Source: Octopus vulgaris (Eukaryota). From it: a DNA stretch of 64,000 nt. Made by a program: the position numbers and the translations under genes. Shown in pieces: positions 39,822-52,505 of the stretch (the stretch's first letter is position 1; each line of letters opens with the position of its first letter). A model generated the notes under the pieces. The model saw nothing but the letters and a program-made list of their open reading frames with translations, was not told where the DNA came from and made no database searches. The stretch is taken from the NCBI GenBank assembly GCA_951406725.2, contig OX597837.1, forward strand, positions 42,470,001 through 42,534,000, given 5' to 3'.

Positions 39822-39988
39822 TGTGTGTGGAGATGTGTGCATATGGAGATGTGTGTGTGTGGAGATGTGTGCGTGTGGAGATGTATGTGTGGAGATGTGT
39901 GTGGAGATGTGTGCGTGCGGAGATGTGTGTATGTGGAGATGTGTGCGTGTGGAGATGTGTGTGTGTGTGGAGATGTGTGCGCGTGGAG
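39822..39988. repeat. Minisatellite of GGAGAT(GT)n units, 12-20 bp
   Basis: About ten ggagat anchors separated by variable GT tracts. Confidence 0.85.
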
Positions 39989-40000
39989 GAGTATCTGACA

Positions 40001-40032
<32 letters not shown>

Positions 40033-40249
40033 GTGTGTGTATGTGTGTGTGCGTGTGTGTAGTTTTTAAATCATTGCCTGAAGAATTACAGGTAGGAGAT
40101 TTTTTACATTTTTCTACATGTACATCTTTGTGATTCCTGCCATGATAAAACACATGTAACATGGAATTAAAAACATAGCCAAGTCTTCCAGTTTTCTGTT
40201 ATACACACACACACATATATGGGACAAGGAAACAGCTTTTCTTTTATGC

Positions 40250-40763
40250 ATGTTTAACTAAATACATGATTATGCTTAAATTATCTTTTTCATTTATATT
40301 TTTTTTTAATATCCCTTATTTTGTTATTAGCTTTTACAGTTTGTTTGGAACAGTAGAATTCCTGAATCTACATCTGATGTTTCTAGACCTTCACAGCCCC
40401 ATTATTATCAAGAATTGAATATATTTGGCATTTGTGTTGTTTCTTGCATTCAACATGAATTTGTGCAGACTTTCTGGCAAAGGTTTATTGACCATTAGCA
40501 TTATACCTCAGCATAACGGTCAGCAAACCTCTGGCATTAAAGTCTACATAAATTTAATCAGCATATAAGAAATAACAGAAATGCCAAATATTTTCACTTC
40601 TATTCTTGATAATGAGGCTGAGGAACTAGAAACACCAGATATGGATTTAGGAATTCCACTATTCCAAAGCAACTGCAAGAAAAAGCTAATAAGAAAATAT
40701 GAAAAATATAAAATAAAAAAGATAAAATTTGAACATAGCCATGTATTTAATAAAGTCCACATG
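40250..40763. other. About 510-bp imperfect fold-back with roughly 250-bp arms
   Basis: tttggaacagtagaattcctgaatctacatctgatgtttctag versus right-arm reverse complement tttggaatagtggaattcctaaatccatatctggtgtttctag; colinear along both arms; loop near 40505. Confidence 0.9.
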
Positions 40764-40799
40764 TATGTGCACGTGTGTGTGTGTGTGTATTATATATGG

Positions 40800-41160
40800 C
40801 TTAGCCCCACTGCATGGCACCATGGGGAAGTCTTTCTTACCATAGCCTGTTTGCCAAATCCACTCACGAAGCTTTAGTCAGTCTTGAGAGTGGACTCGGC
40901 AGATAGAAACTGAAAGTAGCCTGTCTTTGTGTGTGTGTGTGTGTGTGTGAGTGTGTGTATGTGCATTTCTGTCTGTGTTTGCCCATCTCCACCATTTGTC
41001 AATCGGTGTGCTGTGTCTGCATCCCTGTAACTCAGTGGCTTGGCAAAATCTTAAGTACCAGGCATAAAAATAAAAAACTACCTGGGGTTGATTAATTTGA
41101 CTAAAATTCTTCGAAGTGGAGCCCCAGCATGGCCATAGTCTGAGTAAAGCAAGTAAAAGA
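40800..41160 (+). mobile_element. SINE family A, old copy
   Basis: cccactgcatggcacc...gaaactgaaag...ccagcatggcc...aagtaaaagag. Confidence 0.65.
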
Positions 41161-41255
41161 GAATGTGTGTATATGTGTGTATAAATCTTGTATATTCAAT
41201 CTTATCTTTTGCTTGGCTTTTCCACAAGATCCTGTATATCCCTTTCTAACTTTTT

Positions 41256-41656
41256 GATAATCTTTTTTTTCTTTGTGTTTTGTTTTTTGTCTTTTGAGAC
41301 ATTTTTCTCTGAAGGAAGATATGTTTCTCCCAATGCAGCTTCAGTAGATAGTACTTTTAGTATTATATATGAAACCTTAGAAACACGCTTTTATTGCAAG
41401 CTAACTCTTTGTATTAAGCAGACCAATCTCTCTGGTGAAAAGCACAAAAACACCATCTGATAATAAATAAAATGGAAAAGCTAACAAACCTAGAAGCTCT
41501 TGTTAAAACTAAGTCGTATTTTCATTCTCTAAGATGCTAGAAGTACCAATCGACTTTCTGTCAAATCTACCTTCTTTAGAAAAAAAAATGAGGAAGGACA
41601 CATCAAGTATTGTAGCTCTGAATAGAGCATATCTAAGAAGAAAAAAAAAGATTATT
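41256..41656 (+). other. Second, more diverged long fold-back
   Basis: ataatctttttttt/aaaaaaaagattat; catttttctctgaaggaagat with atctaccttctttagaaaaaaaaatg; gtacttttagtat/atgctagaagtac; apex tggtg/cacca 41433-41455. Confidence 0.65.
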
Positions 41657-41839
41657 CCTGGAATACTTTTGATAATAGATTTACTAAACCAGGGTTGAGC
41701 TACAACTAACAAATAAACATATATCTGTTCTCTTTTATCTGTTTCCTGTTTCAGTCATTGGACTGCAGCTATCTTAGGGCACCACCTTGAAGGGTTTTAG
41801 TTGAAAATATCAACCTCAGTAAAATATTGTTTTTTTAAC

Positions 41840-42059
41840 CCTTTAGCATTTAAACCGGCCATATCTGGCCAAAAGTATTCTGCCTGTTTTATGTTCAAAC
41901 TGGCCAGATCTGGTCTCTTACATCAACCCTACAATATCGTTTTAAAAATTAACAGCTACCTTATTTAAGTCTCATAGCTACAAGATAATGCATGATCAGT
42001 TCAAAACAATTTGGATAAAAAAGGATTAATTTTGGTAGAATAATGCGAACACTAAAGGG
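41840..42059 (+). mobile_element. piggyBac-type MITE family 1
   Basis: TTAA-CCCTTTAG...CTAAAGGG-TTAA. Confidence 0.9.
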
Positions 42060-42385
42060 TTAAAGTTTGGTACTTATTTTCTCACTCTCCTTTGCCAAAC
42101 CACTAAGTTATAGGGACATAACAAACCAACACAAGTTGTAAGCACAGACATAAAGACATACACACATGTATGCTTGTTTTTAATGTTACCTATAACTTGT
42201 CTCAGTCATTAGACTGTGGCCATGCTGGGACATTGCCTTGAAGAATTCTTAGTCAAATAAATTGACATCGGAACTTTTTTTTAAGCCAGATACATACCCT
42301 ATTGATCTCTTTTGTGAAGCTGCCAAGTTACAGAGATGGAAACACACCAACAACAAGACACATACACACAAACAAATTATATCTC

Positions 42386-42419
<34 letters not shown>

Positions 42420-42421
<2 letters not shown>

Positions 42422-42610
42422 TGGCACGTAAAAAGCATCCACTACACTCTCGGAGTAGTTGGCGTTAGGAAGGGCATCCAGCCGTAGAAACTTTGCCAGA
42501 TCAAGATTGGAGCCTGGTGCGGCTGTCTGGTTCGCCAGTCCTCAGTCAAAATCGTCCAACCCATGCTAGCATGGAAAGCAGACATTAAATGATGATGATG
42601 GCGATGATGA
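42420..42610 (+). mobile_element. SINE-like family C 3' part
   Basis: gtggcacgtaaaaagca...ttggcgttaggaagggcatccagccgtagaaa...(tga)n. Confidence 0.85.
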
Positions 42611-43634
42611 TATATATATATATATACATACACATACATACAGATAAACAGATAGATATACATATACACATACATACAAATATGCGTATATATCTTCCCA
42701 TTTCAACACACACACACATATGTATATACATATATATACATGCATATATGCATATATTGAAATAGCAAAATAAAATCCACAGCTACAAATATTCCTGAAT
42801 AATTACATTGACAAACTGTCAGCATTTAAAGAAAGAATTAGCAAGCAACTCTTGATTGGCACAGCCAATACTTACTGCCTGTTGACACAACAATTAAAAC
42901 AGCAGGTGTTTTAATACAGATTCTTTCAAATGTTTAGTTATTTACATGGACAGATTCAGTTTCTTAGCAATTAAGAAGCTGTTTGGACATATCTTTTTGT
43001 TAGTTTGTCTTATTTTCTCCCCTCACCATAATTTTAAAAACTTCGTTCCTTCTGTCGCTGGAGTTGGTTGGTTTATTATGTCACAAATTACAGATAGCTT
43101 TCTGTCTACTTATAAAGCATATATTCAAATAACAATTCTCTCCCTCTCTCTCTCTCACAGCCCCATCTGTTTCTTTTATAGCCATGTACATATACAAACA
43201 CAAAGTATTTCAAACTAAAGTGAAATGCATTCACAAAGTAAACCTGCAAGACATTATTAAGCTGTGACAAGTGTACAATAAAATATATTAACATCAGCAT
43301 TCTTTCTACTTTAGGCAGAAGGCTTAGGATTTGAGGAGAGAAGCTTTGTCAGTAACATCATTCCTAGTGGTCAATTGGTACTTATTTTATCAAGCCCAGA
43401 AAGATAAAAGGTGAAGTCGACCTCAGTGAAATTTGAACTCAAAATGCAAAATTGAAAGAAATGCTGCTATGTATTTTGCTCAGTATGCTAATAATTCAGC
43501 CACCTTACTAATGAGGGTTTCTAACATAGGCCATAAGCCCATACATTTTGTGATAGTGCAGTGGTTCCCAACTTGGGGTCCATAAAGGTAGCAATGGGGG
43601 GTCCTTGAACTAAATTCACAATTTCATATATATA

Positions 43635-43696
<62 letters not shown>

Positions 43697-44313
43697 AAAG
43701 AACCTCAAGAAACATGTGTAGCTGAGAAATGTGTAGTAAGTATTAAAGTAAAATTCTTTTATATGGTGGGATGAAGGGGGCTACTATCTCTAAATAATCT
43801 ATATACATATATATACACATATATAAGGATAAACATATTAAAAAATCGACCCAGTATTTTTTCTTTAAAACCTGATAGGTATTCTTTTGCCGAGCTGCCA
43901 ATCTATGGGAACAGAATCAAACCAACTCTGATTGCCAAGCAAATATAATCACAAAACAGGCTTCCACACAGTTTCTGTCTATCCAAATCCACTCAAAAGC
44001 ATTGGTTGGCCTTGGCTATAATGGGAGACACTTGTCCAGACTGCCATGCAGTGGGACTGAACCCGAAAACCATATGGTTGCAAAGCAAGCTCCTGAATGA
44101 ATCAGCCGACCCTGCACCTACCAACATTAATTAATTTCTTAATTGAGCATGAAGCTTTAGAGTGACGTAGGATTGGTAAGTTAGAAATGAGGAAGGTCAC
44201 CAGGAACTCAAGGCATCATAGCATTTTGCCCAACTTGCCAACGAACCTGCCAGTTCACAGCTGTAGTGGCAGCAGTGGTGGTAGTGGTGGTAGTAGTAGT
44301 AGTGGTGGTGGTG

Positions 44314-44358
<45 letters not shown>

Positions 44359-44503
44359 ATAAAAATCCTTTCTACTAAAAGCACAAGGCCTGAAATTTTG
44401 GGGGAGAGAACTAGTCAATTACATTGACCCCAGTATTTCACTGGTACTTAATTTATCAACCCCAAAAGGATGAAAGGCAAAGTCGATCTTGGCATCATAA
44501 TAC

Positions 44504-44568
<65 letters not shown>

Positions 44569-45565
44569 GCGAAACAAATAAAATACTAGGTTGAGGTCTG
44601 GCACTTTAAACTTTTCTTGAGACGTGGGTAGATGGCGTCTGTCTGAGTTGTGGAAGACAACTCATCTAGTGATGGTGTCACAATACAAATATTGATCAGT
44701 AAGTGCCCTAAAAAAGCCCACCCTTAAATATGAGTGAAATGCACAATACAAATATATCAGATAATGATATAAACAATGCTGGAAACACATTGGGAAGGTG
44801 CCCCATCTGGCAGGTGTCCCAAAGGTGAACAGAATAAGCTCAGTCATCCTGGAGTAATTCTAAGAAAGATCTAAACAAGCTTGTCAGGAAATGTTTCTAT
44901 GAGAGTAATCCAAGCCAATGAGACTACACAAAATGAATGTCAGCCAAATGGAGGGAAATTGGAGTCTTTGAAATGACTGAACAAAGACTTGCTGACCAGA
45001 GTCGATGAATCAGAAGAAATGGATGGCTTTTATATGTAGAGTTTATTTGAGATAAAAAGAAACATTGCAATGAAATTTGACAGGGGTGAACCCAGTGAAG
45101 AAGAATTAGATAACTGAATGGATGAAAGGTAAAGAGATGAAGCATAGGTTGAAAAAGAATGATCGAAGTAACTTCATGGATACTGAATGTAGAGGAAGCA
45201 TTGAGAGAGAATTGCAAAGTAGAGAAATCGAAGAAATCGAAATAGCAGAAGACGTTGTAGAAGGAAGGGCCATCAAAATTGAAGAATGGAGATAGAAAAT
45301 AACTGAGAGAAAAAGCAAATCGAGTCATGAAAGTCACAGGGTACTCACAAACTGCTGACATCACTGAAATGGATGGGTTACTCAAAGCAGCTGCATATGT
45401 AACTTGCAAAACATTGTAGAATAATAAAAGAAAAAAAAATCAAACAAGAGGACACAAATAGGAACCATGGTGGAGTAAAAGAATAGTTGAGAAGGTTGCA
45501 GAATGAAAAGATATGAGCAGGTTAGAAAGTTGGAGAAACAACAAACTGCAGAACATTAGAATTAA

Positions 45566-46132
45566 CCCTTTCAATACCAACCCGGCCAAAACCGCCTCTG
45601 GCTCTGTAGTACAAATGTCCTGTTTTCATAAGTTTTGAATTAAAATCTTCCACCAAACCTTAGTCACAATTTATGTTCCTAACACTAGCTGAATGATAAC
45701 TAAGTTATTTTACTAAATTCTTTGTAATATTTAAAGTAACTGAAAGAAACACAGAGCATCTCAACAACAATATGGTAACAAAAGGGTTTATCTTTTTCAC
45801 TCTGTGGAATTTCCACAGGTCCCATTAGTATTTATGTTGAAGATATAAAAGGTGAAGATGGCCTCAGCAGTAATAAAATCATTCTTTCTTCCTTAAATAG
45901 CTTCTCTTAACCCTTTTGATACCAACCCGGCTGAAACCAGTTCTGGCTCTGTAGTACAAATGTCTTGTTTTCATAAGTTTTGAATAAAAATCTTCCACCA
46001 AACCTTAGTCACAATTTGTGTTCCTAACACTAGCTGAATGATAGCAAAGTTATTTTACTAAATTCTTTGTTATATTTAAAATAAATTGAATGAAACACAG
46101 AGCATCTCAAAATAAATACGGTAACGAAAGGG
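45566..46132 (+). mobile_element. Two direct piggyBac-type family 2 MITEs (45566-45786, 45911-46132) flanking a spacer of about 120 bp
   Basis: CCC...GGG termini; outer TTAA at 45562-45565 and 46133-46136. Confidence 0.9.
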
Positions 46133-47189
46133 TTAAAGATCTATTGGAAAGAAAATACAAAGTACACAGAAAAGGAATTGAAGTTGTTATTGAAGAGGTC
46201 AAAGAATTATTGCAAAATCAGGAAAGCTAACAAGGTGTGACGGATGTACAGGACAATTTATACAGAACAGGATGTTCCAGACAAATCAGAAAAAGACAGT
46301 GGTGTCATACCAAATATAAGAGAGTGTGTACAGTTTTGGGGTGAGATCTAACATTAACAGTTGTGCATAATGATGAAGTTAATCAGAAAGGACTAAGTTG
46401 AAGAGAAGATGACAAATAAAAACAGACCAGAAAACATCACAATATTACAGACAACAATAGAGAAACAAATAAGAAAAATGAATAATTGGAAAGTCACTAG
46501 GCCTGATGGATTGCAGGGATGTTGGATTAAAGTATTCGTGGCATGTCATTTGAGAATTGCAAGCTAATATCAAGGACTTCCGAATGAGGGTTATGTTCCA
46601 CTGTGGATGACTCATGGTAGAAGAACATTAGTATTGAAGGATGTGTCAAAGAGTGATGAAGTGTCAAACTACCAACCAATGACATGTTTATCAATCATGT
46701 GCAAACTTAACAAGAGTAGTACTCGACAAACTGTATAGATTTTTAGATAATGAAAGCTTATTACCGGATGAGCAGAAGGGTTGTAAACATAGGTGAAAAG
46801 GGGGTAAAAGATCAGGTGTTAACAGACAAGATGATACTAAAGAACTGAAAAAAAAAGGTTAATATGATTAGGAATGCATAGAGAGATTATAAAAAGGCCT
46901 ATGATATGGTGGCTGGATGGGGTAATGTTTGGAGATATTTGGAGTTGCAGAGAAAGTACAAAGACTGCTAAAAAGAAGTATGACAGCCTGGAAAACAGAG
47001 TAAACATTTACAGGTAAGTCATCAGGTAAAGTGAATATGAGAAGAGAAACTTTTCAAGGAGACAGTCTCACACAACTCTTGTTTGTGCTGATATTAATAC
47101 CACTGTCAATGGTTTTGAAAGATGTTAAAGCAGGATGTGTTTTGGGGAATGGCATGGGAGTGGATAACATGAACAATTTAAATGAAGAT

Positions 47190-47608
47190 CAATCAGAATC
47201 AAAATCGAAATCGATCAACATCAATGGAAATTGTAGCTGTAATACCAGTGCTGGTGACACATAAGCAAACCATCCGAATGTGGCTGTTGCCAGCGCCGCC
47301 CTGACGGGCATTTGTACCGGTGGCACGTAAAAAGCACCATCCAATCGTGGCCATTGCTAGCCTCGCCTGGCCCCCGTGCCAGTGGCACGTAAAAAGCACC
47401 ATCCAATCATGGCTGTTGCCAGCCTCGCCTGGCCCCTGTGCCAGTGGCACGTAAAAAGCACCCACTACACTCACAGAGTGGTTGGCGTTAGGAAGGGCAT
47501 CCAGCCGTAGAAACACTGCCAGATCAGACTGGGCCTGATGCAGCCTTCTGGCTTCCCAGACTCCAGTTGAACCGTCCAACCCATGCTAGCATGGAAAGCG
47601 GATGCTAA

Positions 47609-47635
<27 letters not shown>
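47190..47635 (+). mobile_element. SINE-like family C copy with internal tandem units of about 61 bp, nested in the RT region
   Basis: gtggcacgtaaaaagcac occurs three times at 61-62 bp spacing; (gat)n tail. Confidence 0.85.
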
Positions 47636-47639
<4 letters not shown>

Positions 47640-48739
47640 TGGCACACTAGTGAATGCAGTAAGAATTTTCAGTAATGACACAGGCATAGAATTTTGTCTC
47701 AATAAATGTACCAATTTGAAACTGAAACAAGGGAAGGTAAAGCAGAGTCAAGGATTTAAACAACCGAATAATCAGGTAATGAAAAGTTTAGAAAAAAAAG
47801 TCAAGGATAGGAGTATTGGGGAATTTTAGAATTGGATTCTATCAAAAACAGAGGGCTGTATCAATTATGAAATATGTGACAGGCCTTGTGAAATGGAACA
47901 AAGCGGAACTTCAAGATATTCATTGAAAAACTTGAAAAATTAAAATATACAAGGCTTTGCATAAAAGGGCAGATATGGACAGGTTATACATGAAACCTAA
48001 AAATGGAAGAAGGGGATTGATCAGTGAGGAAGATTGTATGAACATGGAAGTGAAAAGTCTCAACCAGTCTGTTAACAAAAGCACTGAAGATTTGCAGTAA
48101 GTAATACAAACACAGTGAGAAGGACAAACAATAGATAATGCACTTGAAAAGTATTTCATCTTTTGTGCAAAATGTAGGGCAGGACTCAACCTGTTGCTAT
48201 TGTACAAGCTGTGCAATGAATGACGAAAAAAAACCAGTGCTCTGCAGAGTAAATGAATGTCCCAAATTTGCACAAAAACAGTAAAATACCTTGGAGACAT
48301 GATAAAGTTGCAAAGATCATCCACTGGGAAATGTGTAAGAAGTATGGACTTCCATCAGGTCACAAGTGGTATGAGCACTAAAAATGATGAGGTTAAGCTC
48401 CTTTGCAACTTATCTATCCAAACAGATTACAACCTAGAACATAACAGACCAGATACTTTGGTGTTTAAGAAAAGGAATGGACTTACTACATAACTGATGT
48501 GGACTATTCCTTTGATACAAGAATAAAAGAGAATGAAATCAAAAAGGTAGATATATACCAGAGATAAGCAGACTGGAGCCTTAGGAATGGTGGGAAAGAA
48601 GCTCAAAGAGTGGGCAGAAAAGGGTGGCTTGCAGAAGAATAGTAAAGAGTATTTGAAAGTTCTTGGGTGGTGACTTGTTAAGCAAGAGTAAACCCACCTA
48701 AATTCTATCATACACAAATTATGAAATAAATAATAAAAA

Positions 48740-48960
48740 TAATAATAATCCTTTCTACTACAGGCACAAGGCCTGACATTTTGGGGGTGGGTGTCACTCA
48801 ATTACACTGATCCCAGTACATGACTGGTACTTATTTTATCAACCTTGAAAGGATGAAATGCAAAGCTGACCACAGCAGAATTTGAACTCAGAATGTAAAG
48901 AAACAAAATGTCACTTGGCATTTTGTCCAATGTACTAATGATACTGCTAGCTCACTGCCT
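48740..48960 (-). mobile_element. SINE family B (second tail subtype); related copies at 43300-43507, 44357-44492 and 60781-61090
   Basis: aataataatcctttctact..aggcacaaggcctg...ggatgaaa.gcaaag...gaatttgaactcagaatg. Confidence 0.8.
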
Positions 48961-48967
48961 TGAATAA

Positions 48968-49078
48968 GTAGTAGTAGTAGCAGCAGCAGTGGTTGTGGTG
49001 GTGGTGGTTGTGGTGGTGGTGGTTGTGGTGGTGGTAGTGGTGTTGGTGGTAGTGGTGGTGTTGGTAGTGGTGGTGTTG

Positions 49079-49140
<62 letters not shown>
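48968..49140. repeat. (GTA/GTG)n microsatellite; similar tract at 44270-44358
   Basis: Directly visible. Confidence 0.95.
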
Positions 49141-49920
49141 CACTGGTAATTATTCTAATGAAATCAACAAAATCTTGAATTCACAACAGTAAAGTAGTCA
49201 GCTTCGGATTTGATAGATAAAGCATCGAGTTTGGTTTTCCGAGATTACAAATTTTTATCAAGATTTAATAATTAGTAGAATGGATGTATAAATAAGTAAC
49301 CGAATAAATCTATGTATAGTAATAATATTGTAATCATGGCTTTGCATTCTTATCACATATACTAAGTCTCTGGGCAGCGAGATTGGATTAACGGAACATC
49401 AAGGCAAGCAATTTACCAAAACAAGATTATTTCAAAATTTTCCCCCAATTTCTTCTTGAATACAAACGACTAAAATAGCTATTTTGAGTGATGGGTATGG
49501 GTGTGGGTGGGGGGTGGGGGGCTCCGGTAAGAAACAAAATAAAACACATGCACATATATACACACAGACAGACACAATAAATAAAGAAAGATAATAAAAA
49601 CAGAAAAGTATTTCATCACTCACAGTTTCTTAGACAAATCTTATATTTATAATTTATCTAATAAAAGTTTCGAAGTTCTGACTATGAAATATGTTATCAC
49701 TGTTTATTCACTATATTTTTTTTTTTATGCACATGCAATGTGACACATACGCACACACACTAATATATACAAATACCGATATATATATACACACACAAAT
49801 GCTTCCACACACAAACAAACATACATGTAGAGTGAGAGAGACACACATACATACACATGTGTGTGTGAGCATAAAAGTATATAAATATATGTATATATAT
49901 ATTTATTAATGATAATAATA

Positions 49921-49969
<49 letters not shown>

Positions 49970-50235
49970 ATATATTTATTTATTTATTCATTTATTTATT
50001 AATAATGGACCAAATTTTGCTTTTCTTTCTGGAAGTCATTGCTATAATGACTATATTTCTTTCTTTCTTGAAAAATTTGAGTAAGTAATATCATTTTCCA
50101 AGTTGTAAAAGATCTCAAAGCAACTGAGATAGACAATACATATACGCATGTATGTAGATGTCGAATGCACACACATGTCCATACATACACACACATCCCA
50201 CACATACACACATGTATGTATATATGGATGTGTGC

Positions 50236-50297
<62 letters not shown>

Positions 50298-50338
50298 ATA
50301 TATATATGTATGTATATATGTATATATATATATATAAG

Positions 50339-50618
<280 letters not shown>

Positions 50619-51377
50619 TGACAGAGAGAGAGAGAGAGAAAGGGCCAGGAGAAAATGAACAGGGAATGGGAGAATATTATTTTTAAAAAATTGTTAAACT
50701 TAAATCAAAACTTTTTATTATCTAACTATTTTTCATCCATTTAATCATTTCGCGAATGTCTTTGTTTGAATGTGTGCATACACGTGTGTGCATGCGTGCG
50801 TGCGTGCGTGCATGCATGTACATGCACGCACTTGCTTGCATATATACGTACGTGTGCGTCTTTCAAGTTGCGATCAGATTCACCAATGGAATTTCCAATA
50901 AACATTTTCTTTTTTTTTTTTTTTTTTTACTTTTTTTACCCTCGAAAAGTTAGCGATCAATTGATTAATTCATGCTCGCTGAAATAAGCTTGAGAAACAA
51001 AAGATAAAGATCCTAAACTATAAATGAAAAGGATACTTAAAACAATGCAGAGAAAGAAAGTGATGAGATGATGAAACTACTAACAACAACCACAGCAAAA
51101 ACATTAGTTGCTCAAGTTAAATTGCTTACATCTTAGAACTCTAAATGTTTCTATTTACCCAAATCTAAATGAGATAACTTTTTTTTTTTCCCCCAGTATG
51201 ATAGAACATAAAGCTATTGACTTCAATGTATTAATCCCATTATATACATAAAAGTTTTGAGTGCATATGTGTTGTGAGTACAAGTGAATGTGTGTATATA
51301 CACACACACACAAGCAATACTTCATATATGTATATGCAAGCATGTATGATATTTTACATATATGTCATATGTTTGTT

Positions 51378-51422
<45 letters not shown>

Positions 51423-52036
51423 TCATCATTTAATGGCCTTTTCCCCATTCAGGCATGCATTGGATGGTTTGACAAAAGCAGATGTGCCAGAAGGTGTTGC
51501 CAGGTTCTATGTCTGCTTTGGTATGGTTTCTATAGCTAGATGCTCTTCTTAATGCCAACCACTAAACAGAGTGAGCCCGATGCCTTTTTACGTGGCACCA
51601 GCACCAGTGAGGTTATCGAGTACCCACAAGATAAAACCGAGACCCTAAACTGAGCTGGCAAAAAACTGGAGAAATAAGAAACTATAGAAGAAAGAGCAGG
51701 GCAGGTGGATACTTGGATTGCCCACCTGGAGAGAGAAAGGAAGGAAGAGATGTGAGGTTCAGGTACAATGTAAATTTGAAAATAGGATAGAAGAGCAGAA
51801 AAGGTGCTCAATCATATATACGTTTTTATTATTATTTTGCAATTTACTTAATCATCGGTATATTATTGTTATTTTAATTTTAATATTTCTATTTTTTTTC
51901 TTTTTCTTAAAGTTTCAGCCCAGAGCTGCGGCCATGCTGATGCACCACCGTATATGTAATTTTCTAGATGGTGTAATTTAATTGTTCATTTTCAATTGAT
52001 AAAAGGTGGGTTTTTTCTAATTTTTATATATATGTG

Positions 52037-52077
<41 letters not shown>

Positions 52078-52472
52078 CACACAATGTGAATATATACATA
52101 GTTTTTTGTATATGGAGGTATGTGTGTGGATACATACATTTTGTGTGTGCATGTTATATATGTATATTTCATACATATATCATCATCATCATCATCATAA
52201 ACATTTAATGTGTTTTTTATACTGGCATGGTTCGGATGGTTCAACAGGAACTGGGAAGACCAGGAGCCACACCAGGCTTCATAGCCTATTTTGGCTTGGT
52301 TTCTAATGCTGGATGCCCTTACTCTTGTCAAACATCACCTGTTTCCAAGTAAGGTAATATTTCCGCATGAACAGACAGGTTTCCATGGAAGATTGGAAAT
52401 GAAGGACACTACTTGCATGACAGAGACACTCACTCAACTATCAGGTGACCCCCAGGGCAAAGAGACAGTAAT

Positions 52473-52505
<33 letters not shown>

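Larger units (their letters stand above)
44569..48720 (+). mobile_element. Decayed near-full-length Dong/R4-clade non-LTR retrotransposon (RT plus RLE), with frameshifts and stops
   Basis: Motifs in order: EQRLADQ..I..NGWL (44979), NWK..PDGLQG.WIK (46484), NYQPMTCL (46667), LPDEQKGC (46761), DYKKAYDMV (46886), FQGDSLTQLLF (47052), FSNDTGIEFCLNKC (47668), RLYMKPKNGRRGL (47981), RHDKVAKIIHWEMCKKYG (48295), IQTD..LEHNRPD (48416). Flanked by TAA repeats. Confidence 0.9.

Noticed and set aside
39822-39988. Regularly spaced GGAGAT repeats as a CRISPR-like array
   Set aside because: Spacers are GT microsatellite, the context is eukaryotic and there are no cas genes.
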